Source of the DNA: Bugula neritina
Taxonomy: Eukaryota; Animalia; Bryozoa
Length of the DNA: 64,000 nt
Assembly: GCA_964035545.1 (NCBI GenBank)
Contig: OZ037766.1
Coordinates: 18,811,081 to 18,875,080, forward strand
Reading direction: 5' to 3'
Shown: one piece after another, positions 43,364 to 57,100 of the stretch
How the letters are laid out: the number at the start of each line of letters is the position of its first letter
How positions within the stretch are numbered: the first letter of the stretch is position 1
Program-made: the position numbers and the translations under genes
Notes under the pieces: model-generated
Told to the model about the DNA's origin: nothing
What the model saw: only the letters and a program-made list of their open reading frames with translations
Database searches by the model: none

Positions 43364-46300
43364 GCAGTATATTTCAGTATGTTGCAGTCTGTTTCAGTAT
43401 ATTACAGTATATTCCAGTATTTTGCAGTATGTTTCAGGGTGTTACAGTATATTCCATTATGTTGCAGTATGTTGCAGTATATTTCAGTAGTTTGCAACAT
43501 ATTTCAGAAGGTTACCATATATTTCGGTATGTTGCAGCATATTTCAATATGTTGCAGTATATTTAAGTATGTTGCAGTATGTTTCAGTGGGTTACAGTAT
43601 ATTTCATTATGTTGCAGTATGTTGCAGTATATTTCAGTAGTTTGCAACATATTTCAGTAGGTTACCATATATTACGGTATGTTGCAGTATATTTCAATGT
43701 GTTGCAGCGTATTTCAATATGTTACAGTGTATTTCAGTGTGTTGCAGTATTGTGCAGTGTATTTCAGTATGTTATTGTGTATTTCAGTATGTTGTAGTAT
43801 GTTGCAGTGTATTTCAGTATGTTGCAGTGTATTTCAGTATGTTGCAGTATGTTGCAGCATATTTCAGTATGTTACAGCGTATTTCAGTATGTTGCAGTGT
43901 ATTTCAGTGTGTTACAGTATAATATTTCAGTATGTTAGAGTACACTTCCGTAAATTACACTATACTTCAGTGAGTTGTAGTCTATTTCAGTATCTTGCAG
44001 TATATCTCAGTATGTTACAGTATATTTCAGCATGTTGCGGTATATTTCAGTGTGTTACAGTATATTTCATTATGTTACAGTGCATTTCCAGATACTACAC
44101 TATACTTCATTGAGTTTTAGTGTTTTTCAGTAAGTTGCAGTATGTTTCGGTATCTTGCAACATATTTCAATGTGTTGCAATGTATTTCAATATGTTACAG
44201 TGTATTTCAGTATGTTGCAGCATGTTGCAGTGTATTTCAGTATGTTACAGTGTATTTCAGTATGTTGCAGTATATTATTTCAGTGGGTTACAGTATATTC
44301 CAGTATGTTGCAGTATGTTGCAGTATATTTCAGTATGTTGCAGTATATTATTTCATGGGGTTACAGTATATTCCAGTATGTTGCAGTATGTTGCAGTACA
44401 TTTCAGTAGTTTGCAACATATTTCTGTAGGTTACCATATATTTCGGTATGTTGCAGTATATTTCAATGTGTTGCAGTGTATTTCAATATGTTACAGTGTA
44501 TTTCGGTATGTTGCAGTATGTTGCAGTATGTTACAGTGTATTTCAGTATGTTGCAGTGTATTTCAGTGTGTTACAGTATTTTTCAGTATGTTATAGCACA
44601 TTTCTTTATATTACACTATATTTCAGTGAGTTGCAGTGTAGTTCAGTGTGCTACAGCATATTTCAGTATGTTGCAGTGTTCTTCGATTTGTTACAGTACA
44701 TTTCAGTATATTACCGTAAATTTAAGTTTGTTAAAGTTTATTCCGATGTGTTGCAGTGTATTTCAGTATGTTACAGTGTATTTCAGTATGTTGCAGTATT
44801 TTGCAATATATTTCAAATGTTACAGTGTATTTCAGTATGTTGCAGTATATTTCAGTATGATACAATAAGTTTCAGTATGTTTCAGTGGGTTACAGTATCT
44901 TTCAGTATGATACAGTGCGTTTTGGTGCGTTACAGTATATTTCAGTATGATACAGCGTATTTCAGTATGTTGCAAAGGTTTTCAATATGTTGCAGTATAT
45001 TTTAGTATGTTGCAGTGTAATTCAGTATGTTGCAGTATATTTCAGTATGTTGTCGTATGTTTCAGTGTTTTACAGGACATTTCTGTATATTACAGTATAC
45101 TTCAGTGTGATGCAGTGTATTTCAGTATGCTGCGATATGTTTAAATGTGTTACAGTATATTTCAATAGTTTACCATATATTTCGGTATGTTGCAGTATAT
45201 TTCAATGTGTTGCACTGCATTTCAATATGTTACAGTATATTTCATTTTGTTGCAGTATTCTGCAGTATATTTCAGTAGTTTGCAACATATCTCAGTAGGT
45301 TACCATATATTTCGGTATGATGCAGCATATTTCAGTGTGTTACAGTGTATTTCAGTATGTTGCAGTATCTTGCAGTATATTTCAGTATGTAGCAGTATAT
45401 TTCAGTATGTTGCAGTCTGTTTCAGTATATTACAGTATATTCCAGTATTTTGCAGTATGTTTCAGGGTGTTACAGTATATTCCATTATGTTGCAGTATGT
45501 TGCAGTATATTTCAGTAGTTTGCAACATATCTCAGTAGGTTACCATATATTTCGGTATGTTGCAGTATATTTCAATGTGCTGCAGTGTATTTCAATATGT
45601 TACAGTGTATTTCGGTATGTTGCAGTATGTTCTAGTATATTTCCGTATGTTACAGTGTATTTCAGTATGTTGCAGTGTATTTCAGTGTGTTACAGTATAT
45701 TTCAGTATGTTACAGCACATTTCTTTGTATTACACTATATTTCAGTGAGTTGCAGTGTAGTTCAGTGCGCTACAGCATATCTGAGTATGTTGCAGTGTTT
45801 TTCAATTTGTTACAGTATACTTCAGTATATTACCGTATATTTAAGTATGTCAAAGTTTATTCCGATGTGTTGCAGTGTATTTCAGTATGTTTCAGTGTAT
45901 TTCTGTATGTTGCAGTGTTTTGCAATATATTTCAAATGTTACAGTGTATTTCAGTGTGTTGCAGTATATTTCAGTATGATACAATAAGTTTCAGTATGTT
46001 GAAGTATATTTCATTGGGTTACAGTATATTTCAGTATGATACAGTGCATTTCGGTGAGTTACAGTATATTTCAGTATGATACAGCGTATTTCAGTATGTT
46101 TCAGTGTATTTCAGTATACTTCAATATTTTTAGGTATATTTCAGTATGTTGAAGTATATTTTAGTATATTGCAGTGTCATTCAATATGTTACAGTGTATT
46201 TCAGTATGTTGCAGTATGTTGCAGTGTATTTCAGTATGTTATGGTGTATTTCAGTATGTTTCAAAATTTTTAGGTATACTTCAGTATGTTGAATTATATT

Positions 46301-49300
46301 TTAGTATGTTGCAGTGTAATTCAGTATGTTGCAGTATGCTGCATTATATTTCAGTATGTTGCAGTATATTTCAGTATGTTGCAGTCTGTTTCAGTATATT
46401 ACAGTATATTCCAGTATTTTGCAGTATGTTTCAGGGTGTTACAGTATATTCCATTATGTTGCAGTATGTTGCAGTATATTTCAGTAGTTTGCAACATATT
46501 TCAGAAGGTTACCATATATTTCGGTATGTTGCAGCATATTTCAATATGTTGCAGTATATTTAAGTATGTTGCAGTATGTTTCAGTGGGTTACAGTATATT
46601 TCATTATGTTGCAGTATGTTGCAGTATATTTCAGTAGTTTGCAACATATTTCAGTAGGTTACCATATATTACGGTATGTTGCAGTATATTTCAATGTGTT
46701 GCAGCGTATTTCAATATGTTACAGTGTATTTCAGTGTGTTGCAGTATTGTGCAGTGTATTTCAGTATGTTATTGTGTATTTCAGTATGTTGTAGTATGTT
46801 GCAGTGTATTTCAGTATGTTGCAGTGTATTTCAGTATGTTGCAGTATGTTGCAGCATATTTCAGTATGTTACAGCGTATTTCAGTATGTTGCAGTGTATT
46901 TCAGTGTGTTACAGTATAATATTTCAGTATGTTAGAGTACACTTCCGTAAATTACACTATACTTCAGTGAGTTGTAGTCTATTTCAGTATCTTGCAGTAT
47001 ATCTCAGTATGTTACAGTATATTTCAGCATGTTGCGGTATATTTCAGTGTGTTACAGTATATTTCATTATGTTACAGTGCATTTCCAGATACTACACTAT
47101 ACTTCATTGAGTTTTAGTGTTTTTCAGTAAGTTGCAGTATGTTTCGGTATCTTGCAACATATTTCAATGTGTTGCAATGTATTTCTATATGTTACAGTGT
47201 ATTTCAGTATGTTGCAGCATGTTGCAGTGTATTTCAGTATGTTACAGTGTATTTCAGTATGTTGCAGTATATTATTTCAGTGGGTTACAGTATATTCCAG
47301 TATGTTGCAGTATGTTGCAGTATATTTCAGTATGTTGCAGTATATTATTTCATGGGGTTACAGTATATTCCAGTATGTTGCAGTATGTTGCAGTACATTT
47401 CAGTAGTTTGCAACATATTTCTGTAGGTTACCATATATTTCGGTATGTTGCAGTATATTTCAATGTGTTGCAGTGTATTTCAATATGTTACAGTGTATTT
47501 CGGTATGTTGCAGTATGTTGCAGTATGTTACAGTGTATTTCAGTATGTTGCAGTGTATTTCAGTGTGTTACAGTATTTTTCAGTATGTTATAGCACATTT
47601 CTTTATATTACACTATATTTCAGTGAGTTGCAGTGTAGTTCAGTGTGCTACAGCATATTTCAGTATGTTGCAGTGTTCTTCGATTTGTTACAGTACATTT
47701 CAGTATATTACCGTAAATTTAAGTTTGTTAAAGTTTATTCCGATGTGTTGCAGTGTATTTCAGGATGTTACAGTGTATTTCAGTATGTTGCAGTATTTTG
47801 CAATATATTTCAAATGTTACAGTGTATTTCAGTATGTTGCAGTATATTTCAGTATGATACAATAAGTTTCAGTATGTTTCAGTGGGTTACAGTATCTTTC
47901 AGTATGATACAGTGCGTTTTGGTGCGTTACAGTATATTTCAGTATGATACAGCGTATTTCAGTATGTTGCAAAGGTTTTCAATATGTTGCAGTATATTTT
48001 AGTATGTTGCAGTGTAATTCAGTATGTTGCAGTATATTTCAGTATGTTGTCGTATGTTTCAGTGTTTTACAGGACATTTCTGTATATTACAGTATACTTC
48101 AGTGTGATGCAGTGTATTTCAGTATGCTGCGATATGTTTAAATGTGTTACAGTATATTTCAATAGTTTACCATATATTTCGGTATGTTGCAGTATATTTC
48201 AATGTGTTGCACTGCATTTCAATATGTTACAGTATATTTCATTTTGTTGCAGTATTCTGCAGTATATTTCAGTAGTTTGCAACATATCTCAGTAGGTTAC
48301 CATATATTTTGGTATGATGCAGCATATTTCAGTGTGTTACAGTGTATTTCAGTATGTTGCAGTATCTTGCAGTATATTTCAGTATGTAGCAGTATATTTC
48401 AGTATGTTGCAGTCTGTTTCAGTATATTACAGTATATTCCAGTATTTTGCAGTATGTTTCAGGGTGTTACAGTATATTCCATTATGTTGCAGTATGTTGC
48501 AGTATATTTCAGTAGTTTGCAACATATCTCAGTAGGTTACCATATATTTCGGTATGTTGCAGTATATTTCAATGTGCTGCAGTGTATTTCAATATGTTAC
48601 AGTGTATTTCGGTATGTTGCAGTATGTTCTAGTATATTTCCGTATGTTACAGTGTATTTCAGTATGTTGCAGTGTATTTCATTGTGTTACAGTATATTTC
48701 AGTATGTTACAGCACATTTCTTTGTATTACACTATATTTCAGTGAGTTGCAGTGTAGTTCAGTGCGCTACAGCATATCTGAGTATGTTGCAGTGTTTTTC
48801 AATTTGTTACAGTATACTTCAGTATATTACCGTATATTTAAGTATGTCAAAGTTTATTCCGATGTGTTGCAGTGTATTTCAGTATGTTTCAGTGTATTTC
48901 TGTATGTTGCAGTGTTTTGCAATATATTTCAAATGTTACAGTGTATTTCAGTGTGTTGCAGTATATTTCAGTATGATACAATAAGTTTCAGTATGTTGAA
49001 GTATATTTCATTGGGTTACAGTATATTTCAGTATGATACAGTGCATTTCGGTGAGTTACAGTATATTTCAGTATGATACAGCGTATTTCAGTATGTTTCA
49101 GTGTATTTCAGTATACTTCAATATTTTTAGGTATATTTCAGTATGTTGAAGTATATTTTAGTATATTGCAGTGTCATTCAATATGTTACAGTGTATTTCA
49201 GTATGTTGCAGTATGTTGCAGTGTATTTCAGTATGTTATGGTGTATTTCAGTATGTTTCAAAATTTTTAGGTATACTTCAGTATGTTGAATTATATTTTA

Positions 49301-49380
49301 GTATGTTGCAGTGTAATTCAGTATGTTGCAGTATGCTGCATTATATTTCAGTATGTTGCAGTATATTTCAGTATGTTGCA
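43364..49380 (+). repeat. Tandem duplication, period 2997 bp, junction near 46360
   Basis: Pairs 43579/46576, 44120/47117, 45187/48184 and 46076/49073 all differ by 2997. The variant CTTCGATTTG is present in both copies. Confidence 0.9.
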
Positions 49381-52300
49381 GTATGTTTTAGTACTTTACA
49401 GTTCATTTCTGTATATTACAGTATACATCAGTATGTTGCAGTGTCCTTCAGTATGTTGCGATGTGTTTCAATGTGTTACAGTATATTTCAGTAGTTACCA
49501 TATATTTCGGTATGTTGCAGTATATTTCAATGTGGTGCACTGTATTTCAATATGTTACTGTGTACTTCAGTATGTTGTAGTATGTTGCAGTGTATTTCAG
49601 TATGTTGCAGTGTATTTCAGTATGTTGCAGTATGTTCTAGTATATTTCAGTATGTTACAGTGTATTTCAGTATGTTGCAGTGTATTTCAGTGTGTTACAG
49701 TGCGTTTTGGTGCGTTACAGTATATTTCAGTATGATACAGCGTATTTCAGTATGTTGCAAAGGTTTTCAATATGTTGCAGTATATTTTGGTATGTTGCAG
49801 TGTAATTCAGTATGTTGCAGTATATTTCAGTATGTTGTCGTATGTTTCAGTGTTTTACAGGACATTTCTGTATATTACAGTATACTTCAGTGTGTTGCAG
49901 TGTATTTCAGTATGCTGCGATATGTTTAAATGTGTTACAGTATATTTCAGTAGTTTACCATATATTTCGGTATGTTGCAGTATATTTCAATGTGTTGCAC
50001 TGCATTTCAATATGTTACAGTATATTTCATTTTGTTGCAGTATTCTGCAGTATATTTCAGTAGTTTGCAACATATCTCAGTAGGTTACCATATATTTCGG
50101 TATGATGCAGCATATTTCAGTGTGTTACAGTGTATTTCAGTATGTTGCAGTATCTTGCAGTATATTTCAGTATGTAGCAGTATATTTCAGTATGTTGCAG
50201 TCTGTTTCAGTATATTACAGTATATTCCAGTATTTTGCAGTATGTTTCAGGGTGTTACAGTATATTCCATTATGTTGCAGTATGTTGCAGTATATTTCAG
50301 TAGTTTGCAACATATTTCAGAAGGTTACCATATATTTCGGTATGTTGCAGCATATTTCAATATGTTGCAGTATATTTAAGTATGTTGCAGTATGTTTCAG
50401 TGGGTTACAGTATATTTCATTATGTTGCAGTATGTTGCAGTATATTTCAGTAGTTTGCAACATATTTCAGTAGGTTACCATATATTACGGTATGTTGCAG
50501 TATATTTCAATGTGTTGCAGCGTATTTCAATATGTTACAGTGTATTTCAGTGTGTTGCAGTATTGTGCAGTGTATTTCAGTATGTTATTGTGTATTTCAG
50601 TATGTTGTAGTATGTTGCAGTGTATTTCAGTATGTTGCAGTGTATTTCAGTATGTTGCAGTATGTTGCAGCATATTTCAGTATGTTACAGCGTATTTCAG
50701 TATGTTGCAGTGTATTTCAGTGTGTTACAGTATAATATTTCAGTATGTTAGAGTACACTTCCGTAAATTACACTATACTTCAGTGAGTTGTAGTCTATTT
50801 CAGTATCTTGCAGTATATCTCAGTATGTTACAGTATATTTCAGCATGTTGCGGTATATTTCAGTGTGTTACAGTATATTTCATTATGTTACAGTGCATTT
50901 CCAGATACTACACTATACTTCATTGAGTTTTAGTGTTTTTCAGTAAGTTGCAGTATGTTTCGGTATCTTGCAACATATTTCAATGTGTTGCAATGTATTT
51001 CTATATGTTACAGTGTATTTCAGTATGTTGCAGCATGTTGCAGTGTATTTCAGTATGTTACAGTGTATTTCAGTATGTTGCAGTATATTATTTCAGTGGG
51101 TTACAGTATATTCCAGTATGTTGCAGTATGTTGCAGTATATTTCAGTATGTTGCAGTATATTATTTCATGGGGTTACAGTATATTCCAGTATGTTGCAGT
51201 ATGTTGCAGTACATTTCAGTAGTTTGCAACATATTTCTGTAGGTTACCATATATTTCGGTATGTTGCAGTATATTTCAATGTGTTGCAGTGTATTTCAAT
51301 ATGTTACAGTGTATTTCGGTATGTTGCAGTATGTTGCAGTATGTTACAGTGTATTTCAGTATGTTGCAGTGTATTTCAGTGTGTTACAGTATTTTTCAGT
51401 ATGTTATAGCACATTTCCTTATATTACACTATATTTCAGTGAGTTGCAGTGTAGTTCAGTGTGCTACAGCATATCTCAGTATGTTGCAGTGTTTTTCAAT
51501 TTGTTACAGTATATTTCAGTATATTACCGTATATTTAAGTGTGTCAAAGTTTATTCCGATGTGTTGCAGTGTATTTCAGTATGTTACAGTGTATTTCAGT
51601 ATGTTGCAGTATTTTGCAATATATTTCAAATGTTACAGTGTATTTCAGTATGTTGCAGTATATTTCAGTATGATACAATAAGTTTCAGTATGTTGAAGTA
51701 TATTTCAGTGGGTTACAGTATATTTCAGTATGATACAGTGCATTTCGGTGCGTTACAGTATATCTCAGTGTGATACAGCGTATTTCAGTATGTTTCAGTG
51801 TATTTCAGTATACTTCAATATTTTTAGGTATATTTTAGTATGTTGAAGTATATTTTAGTATGTTGCAGTGTAATTCAATATGTTACAGTGTATTTTAGTA
51901 TGTTGCAGTATGTTGCAGTGTATTTCAGTATGTTATGGTGTATTTCAGTATGTTGCAGTGTCTTGCAGTATATTTCAGTATTTTGCAGTATATTTCAGTA
52001 TGTTGCAGTATATTTCAGTATGTTGCAGTATGTTTTAGTACTTTACAGTTCAATTCTGTATATTACAGTATACATCAGTATGTGGCAGTGTCCTTCAGTA
52101 TGTTGCGGTGTGTTTCAATGTATTACAGTATATTTCAGTAGTTACCATATATTTCGGTATGTTGCAGTATATTTCAATGTGGTGCACTGTATTTCAATAT
52201 GTTACTGTGTACTTCATTATGTTGTAGTATGTTGCAGTGTAGTTCAGTATGTTGCAGTGTATTTCAGTATGTTGCGGTATGTTCTAGTATATTTCAGTAT

Positions 52301-54121
52301 GTTACAGTGTATTTCAGTATGTTGCAGTGTATTTCAGTGTGTTACAGTATATTTCAGTATGTTACAGTATATTTCTTTATATTACACTATATTTCAGTGA
52401 GATGCAGTGTAGTTCAGTGTGCTACAGCATATTTCAGTATGTTGCAGTGTTCTTCAATTTGTTACAGTACATTTCAGTATATTACCGTAAATTTAAGTTT
52501 GTTAAAGTTTATTCCGATGTGTTGCAGTGTATTTCAGTATGTTACAGTGTATTTCAGTATGTTGCAGTATTTTGCAATATATTTCAAATGTTACAGTGTA
52601 TTTCAGTATGTTGCAGTATATTTCAGTATGATACAATAAGTTTCAGTATGTTTCAGTGGGTTACAGTATCTTTCAGTATGATACAGTGCGTTTTGGTGCG
52701 TTACAGTATATTTCAGTATGATACAGCGTATTTCAGTATGTTGCAAAGGTTTTCAATATGTTGCAGTATATTTTAGTATGTTGCAGTGTAATTCAGTATG
52801 TTGCAGTATATTTCAGTATGTTGTCGTATGTTTCAGTGTTTTACAGGACATTTCTGTATATTACAGTATACTTCAGTGTGATGCAGTGTATTTCAGTATG
52901 CTGCGATATGTTTAAATGTGTTACAGTATGTTTCAATAGTTTACCATATATTTCGGTATGTTGCAGTATATTTCAATGTGTTGCACTGCATTTCAATATG
53001 TTACAGTATATTTCATTTTGTTGCAGTATTCTGCAGTATATTTCAGTAGTTTGCAACATATCTCAGTAGGTTACCATATATTTCGGTATGATGCAGCATA
53101 TTTCAGTGTGTTACAGTGTATTTCAGTATGTTGCAGTATCTTGCAGTATATTTCAGTATGTAGCAGTATATTTCAGTATGTTGCAGTCTGTTTCAGTATA
53201 TTACAGTATATTCCAGTATTTTGCAGTATGTTTCAGGGTGTTACAGTATATTCCATTATGTTGCAGTATGTTGCAGTATATTTCAGTAGTTTGCAACATA
53301 TCTCAGTAGGTTACCATATATTTCGGTATGTTGCAGTATATTTCAATGTGCTGCAGTGTATTTCAATATGTTACAGTGTATTTCGGTATGTTGCAGTATG
53401 TTCTAGTATATTTCCGTATGTTACAGTGTATTTCAGTATGTTGCAGTGTATTTCAGTGTGTTACAGTATATTTCAGTATGTTACAGCACATTTCTTTGTA
53501 TTACACTATATTTCAGTGAGTTGCAGTGTAGTTCAGTGCGCTACAGCATATCTGAGTATGTTGCAGTGTTTTTCAATTTGTTACAGTATACTTCAGTATA
53601 TTACCGTATATTTAAGTATGTCAAAGTTTATTCCGATGTGTTGCAGTGTATTTCAGTATGTTTCAGTGTATTTCTGTATGTTGCAGTGTTTTGCAATATA
53701 TTTCAAATGTTACAGTGTATTTCAGTGTGTTGCAGTATATTTCAGTATGATACAATAAGTTTCAGTATGTTGAAGTATATTTCATTGGGTTACAGTATAT
53801 TTCAGTATGATACAGTGCATTTCGGTGAGTTACAGTATATTTCAGTATGATACAGCGTATTTCAGTATGTTTCAGTGTATTTCAGTATACTTCAATATTT
53901 TTAGGTATATTTCAGTATGTTGAAGTATATTTTAGTATATTGCAGTGTCATTCAATATGTTACAGTGTATTTCAGTATGTTGCAGTATGTTGCAGTGTAT
54001 TTCAGTATGTTATGGTGTATTTCAGTATGTTTCAAAATTTTTAGGTATACTTCAGTATGTTGAATTATATTTTAGTATGTTGCAGTGTAATTCAGTATGT
54101 TGCAGTATGTTGCAGTGTATT

Positions 54122-57100
54122 TCAGTATGTTGCAGTGTATTTCAGTATGTTGCAGTATGTTGCAGTGTATTTCAGTATGTTACAGTGTATTTCAGTATGT
54201 TGCAGTATTTTGCAGTATATTTCAGTATGCTGCATTATATTTCAGTATGTTGCAGTATATTTCAGTATGTTGCAGTATGTTTTAGTACTTTACAGTTCAT
54301 TTCTGTATATTACAGTATACATCAGTATGTTGCAGTGTCCTTCAGTATGTTGCGATGTGTTTCAATGTGTTACAGTATATTTCAGTAGTTACCATATATT
54401 TCGGTATGTTGCAGTATATTTCAATGTGGTGCACTGTATTTCAATATGTTACTGTGTACTTCAGTATGTTGTAGTATGTTGCAGTGTATTTCAGTATGTT
54501 GCAGTGTATTTCAGTATGTTGCGGTATGTTCTAGTATATTTCAGTATGTTACAGTGTATTTCAGTATGTTGCAGTGTATTTCAGTGTGTTACAGTATATT
54601 TCAGTATGTTACAGTATATTTCTTTATATTACACTATATTTCAGTGAGTTGCAGTGTAGTTCAGTGTGCTACAGCATATTTCAGTATGTTGCAGTGTTTT
54701 TCAATGTGTTACAGTACATTTCAGTATATTACCGTAAATTTAAGTATGTTAAAGTTTATTCCGATGTGTTGCAGTGTATTTCAGTATGATACAGTGTATT
54801 TCAGTATGTTGCAGTGTTTTGCAATATATTTCAAATGTTACAGTGTATTTCAGTGTGTTGCAGTATATTTCAGTATGATACAATAAGTTCCAGTATGTTG
54901 AAGTATATTTCAGTGGGTTACAGTATATTTCAGTATGATACAGTGCATTTCGGTGCGTTACAGTATATTTCAGTATGATACAGCGTATTTCAGTATGTTT
55001 CAGTGTATTTAGGTATACTTCAATATTTTTAGGTATATTTCAGTATGTTGAAGTATATTTTAGTATGTTGCAGTGTCATTCAATATGTTACAGTGTATTT
55101 CAGTATGTTGCAGTATGTTGCAGTGTATTTCAGTATGTTATGGTGTATTTCAGTATGTTTCAAAATTTTTAGGTATACTTCAGTATGTTGAATTATATTT
55201 TAGTATGTTGCAGTGTAATTCAGTATGTTGCAGTATATTTCAGTGTGTTGTCGTATGTTTTAGTATTTTACAGTACATTTCTGTATATTATAGTATACAT
55301 CAGTGTGTTGCAGTGTACTTCAGTACGTTGCGGTGTGTTTCAATGTGTTACAGTATATTTCAGTAGTTTACCATATATTTCGGTATGTTGCAGTATATTT
55401 CAATGTGGTGCACTGTATTTCAGTATGTCACTGTGTATTTCAGTATGTTGTAGTATGTTGTAATGTATTTCAGTATGTTGCAGTGTATTTCAGTATGTTG
55501 CAGTATGTTGCAGTGTATTACAGTATGTTACAGTGTATTTCAGTATGTTGCAGTATTTTGCAGTATATTTCAGTATGCTGCATTATATTTCAGTATGTTG
55601 CAGTATATTTCAGTATGTTGCAGTATGTTTTAGTACTTTACAGTTCATTTCTGTATATTACAGTATACATCAGTATGTTGCAGTGTCCTTCAGTATGTTG
55701 CGATGTGTTTCAATGTGTTACAGTATATTTCAGTAGTTACCATATATTTCGGTATGTTGCAGTATATTTCAATGTGGTGCACTGTATTTCAATATGTTAC
55801 TGTGTACTTCAGTATGTTGTAGTATGTTGCAGTGTATTTCAGTATGTTGCAGTGTATTTCAGTATGTTGCAGTATGTTCTAGTATATTTCAGTATGTTAC
55901 AGTGTATTTCAGTATGTTGCAGTGTATTTCAGTGTGTTACAGTATATTTCAGTATGTTACAGTATATTTCTTTATATTACACTATATTTCAGTGAGTTGC
56001 AGTGTAGTTCAGTGTGCTACAGCATATTTCAGTATGTTGCAGTGTTTTTCAATTTGTTACAGTACATTTCAGTATATTACCGTAAATTTAAGTATGTTAA
56101 AGTTTATTCCGATGTGTTGCAGTGTATTTCAGTATGAAACAGTGTATTTCAGTATGTTGCAGTGTTTTGCAATATATTTCAAATGTTACAGTGTATTTCA
56201 GTGTGTTGCAGTATATTTCAGTATGATACAATAAGTTCCAGTATGTTGAAGTATATTTCAGTGGGTTACAGTATATTTCAGTATGATACAGTGCATTTCG
56301 GTGCGTTACAGTATATTTCAGTATGATACAGCGTATTTCAGTATGTTTCAGTGTATTTAGGTATACTTCAATATTTTTAGGTATATTCCAGTATGTTGAA
56401 GTATATTTTAGTATGTTGCAGTGTCATTCAATATGTTACAGTGTATTTCAGTATGTTGCAGTATGTTGCAGTGTATTTCAGTATGTTATGGTGTATTTCA
56501 GTATGTTTCAAAATTTTTAGGTATACTTCAGTATGTTGAATTATATTTTAGTATGTTGCAGTGTAATTCAGTATGTTGCAGTATATTTCAGTGTGTTGTC
56601 GTATGTTTTAGTATTTTACAGTACATTTCTGTATATTATAGTATACATCAGTGTGTTGCAGTGTACTTCAGTACGTTGCGGTGTGTTTCAATGTGTTACA
56701 GTATATTTCAGTAGTTTACCATATATTTCGGTATGTTGCAGTATATTTCAATGTGGTGCACTGTATTTCAGTATGTCACTGTGTATTTCAGTATGTTGTA
56801 GTATGTTGTAATGTATTTCAGTATGTTGCAGTGTATTTCAGTATGTTGCAGTATGTTGCAGTGTATTTCAGTATGTTACAGTGTATTTCAGTATGTTGCA
56901 GTATTTTGCAGTATATTTCAGTATGCTGCATTATATTTCAGTATGCTGCAGTACATTTCAGTATGTTGCAGTATGTTTTAGTACTTTACAGTTCGTTTCT
57001 GTATATTACAGTATACATCAGTATGTTGCAGTGTCCTTCAGTATGTTGCGATGTGTTTCAATGTGTTACAGTATATTTCAGTAGTTACCATATATTTCGG

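Larger units (their letters stand above)
27119..54121 (+). repeat. Higher-order macro-unit II (27,003 bp), collinear with unit I but with different internal deletions and duplications
   Basis: The offset to unit I steps 27118 > 22485 > 23435 > 20290 > 20250 > 20249 > 20299 > 20250 > 20300 > 27113 > 27003. Example pairs: 5487/27972, 11064/33549, 15846/36096, 23820/44120, 22859/49972, 26844/53847. Confidence 0.75.

Noticed and set aside
5290-54770. Large duplications being purely assembly artefacts
   Set aside because: The copies differ by private SNPs and monomer-multiple indels and nest consistently, which favours real duplications. This is not fully excluded without read support.
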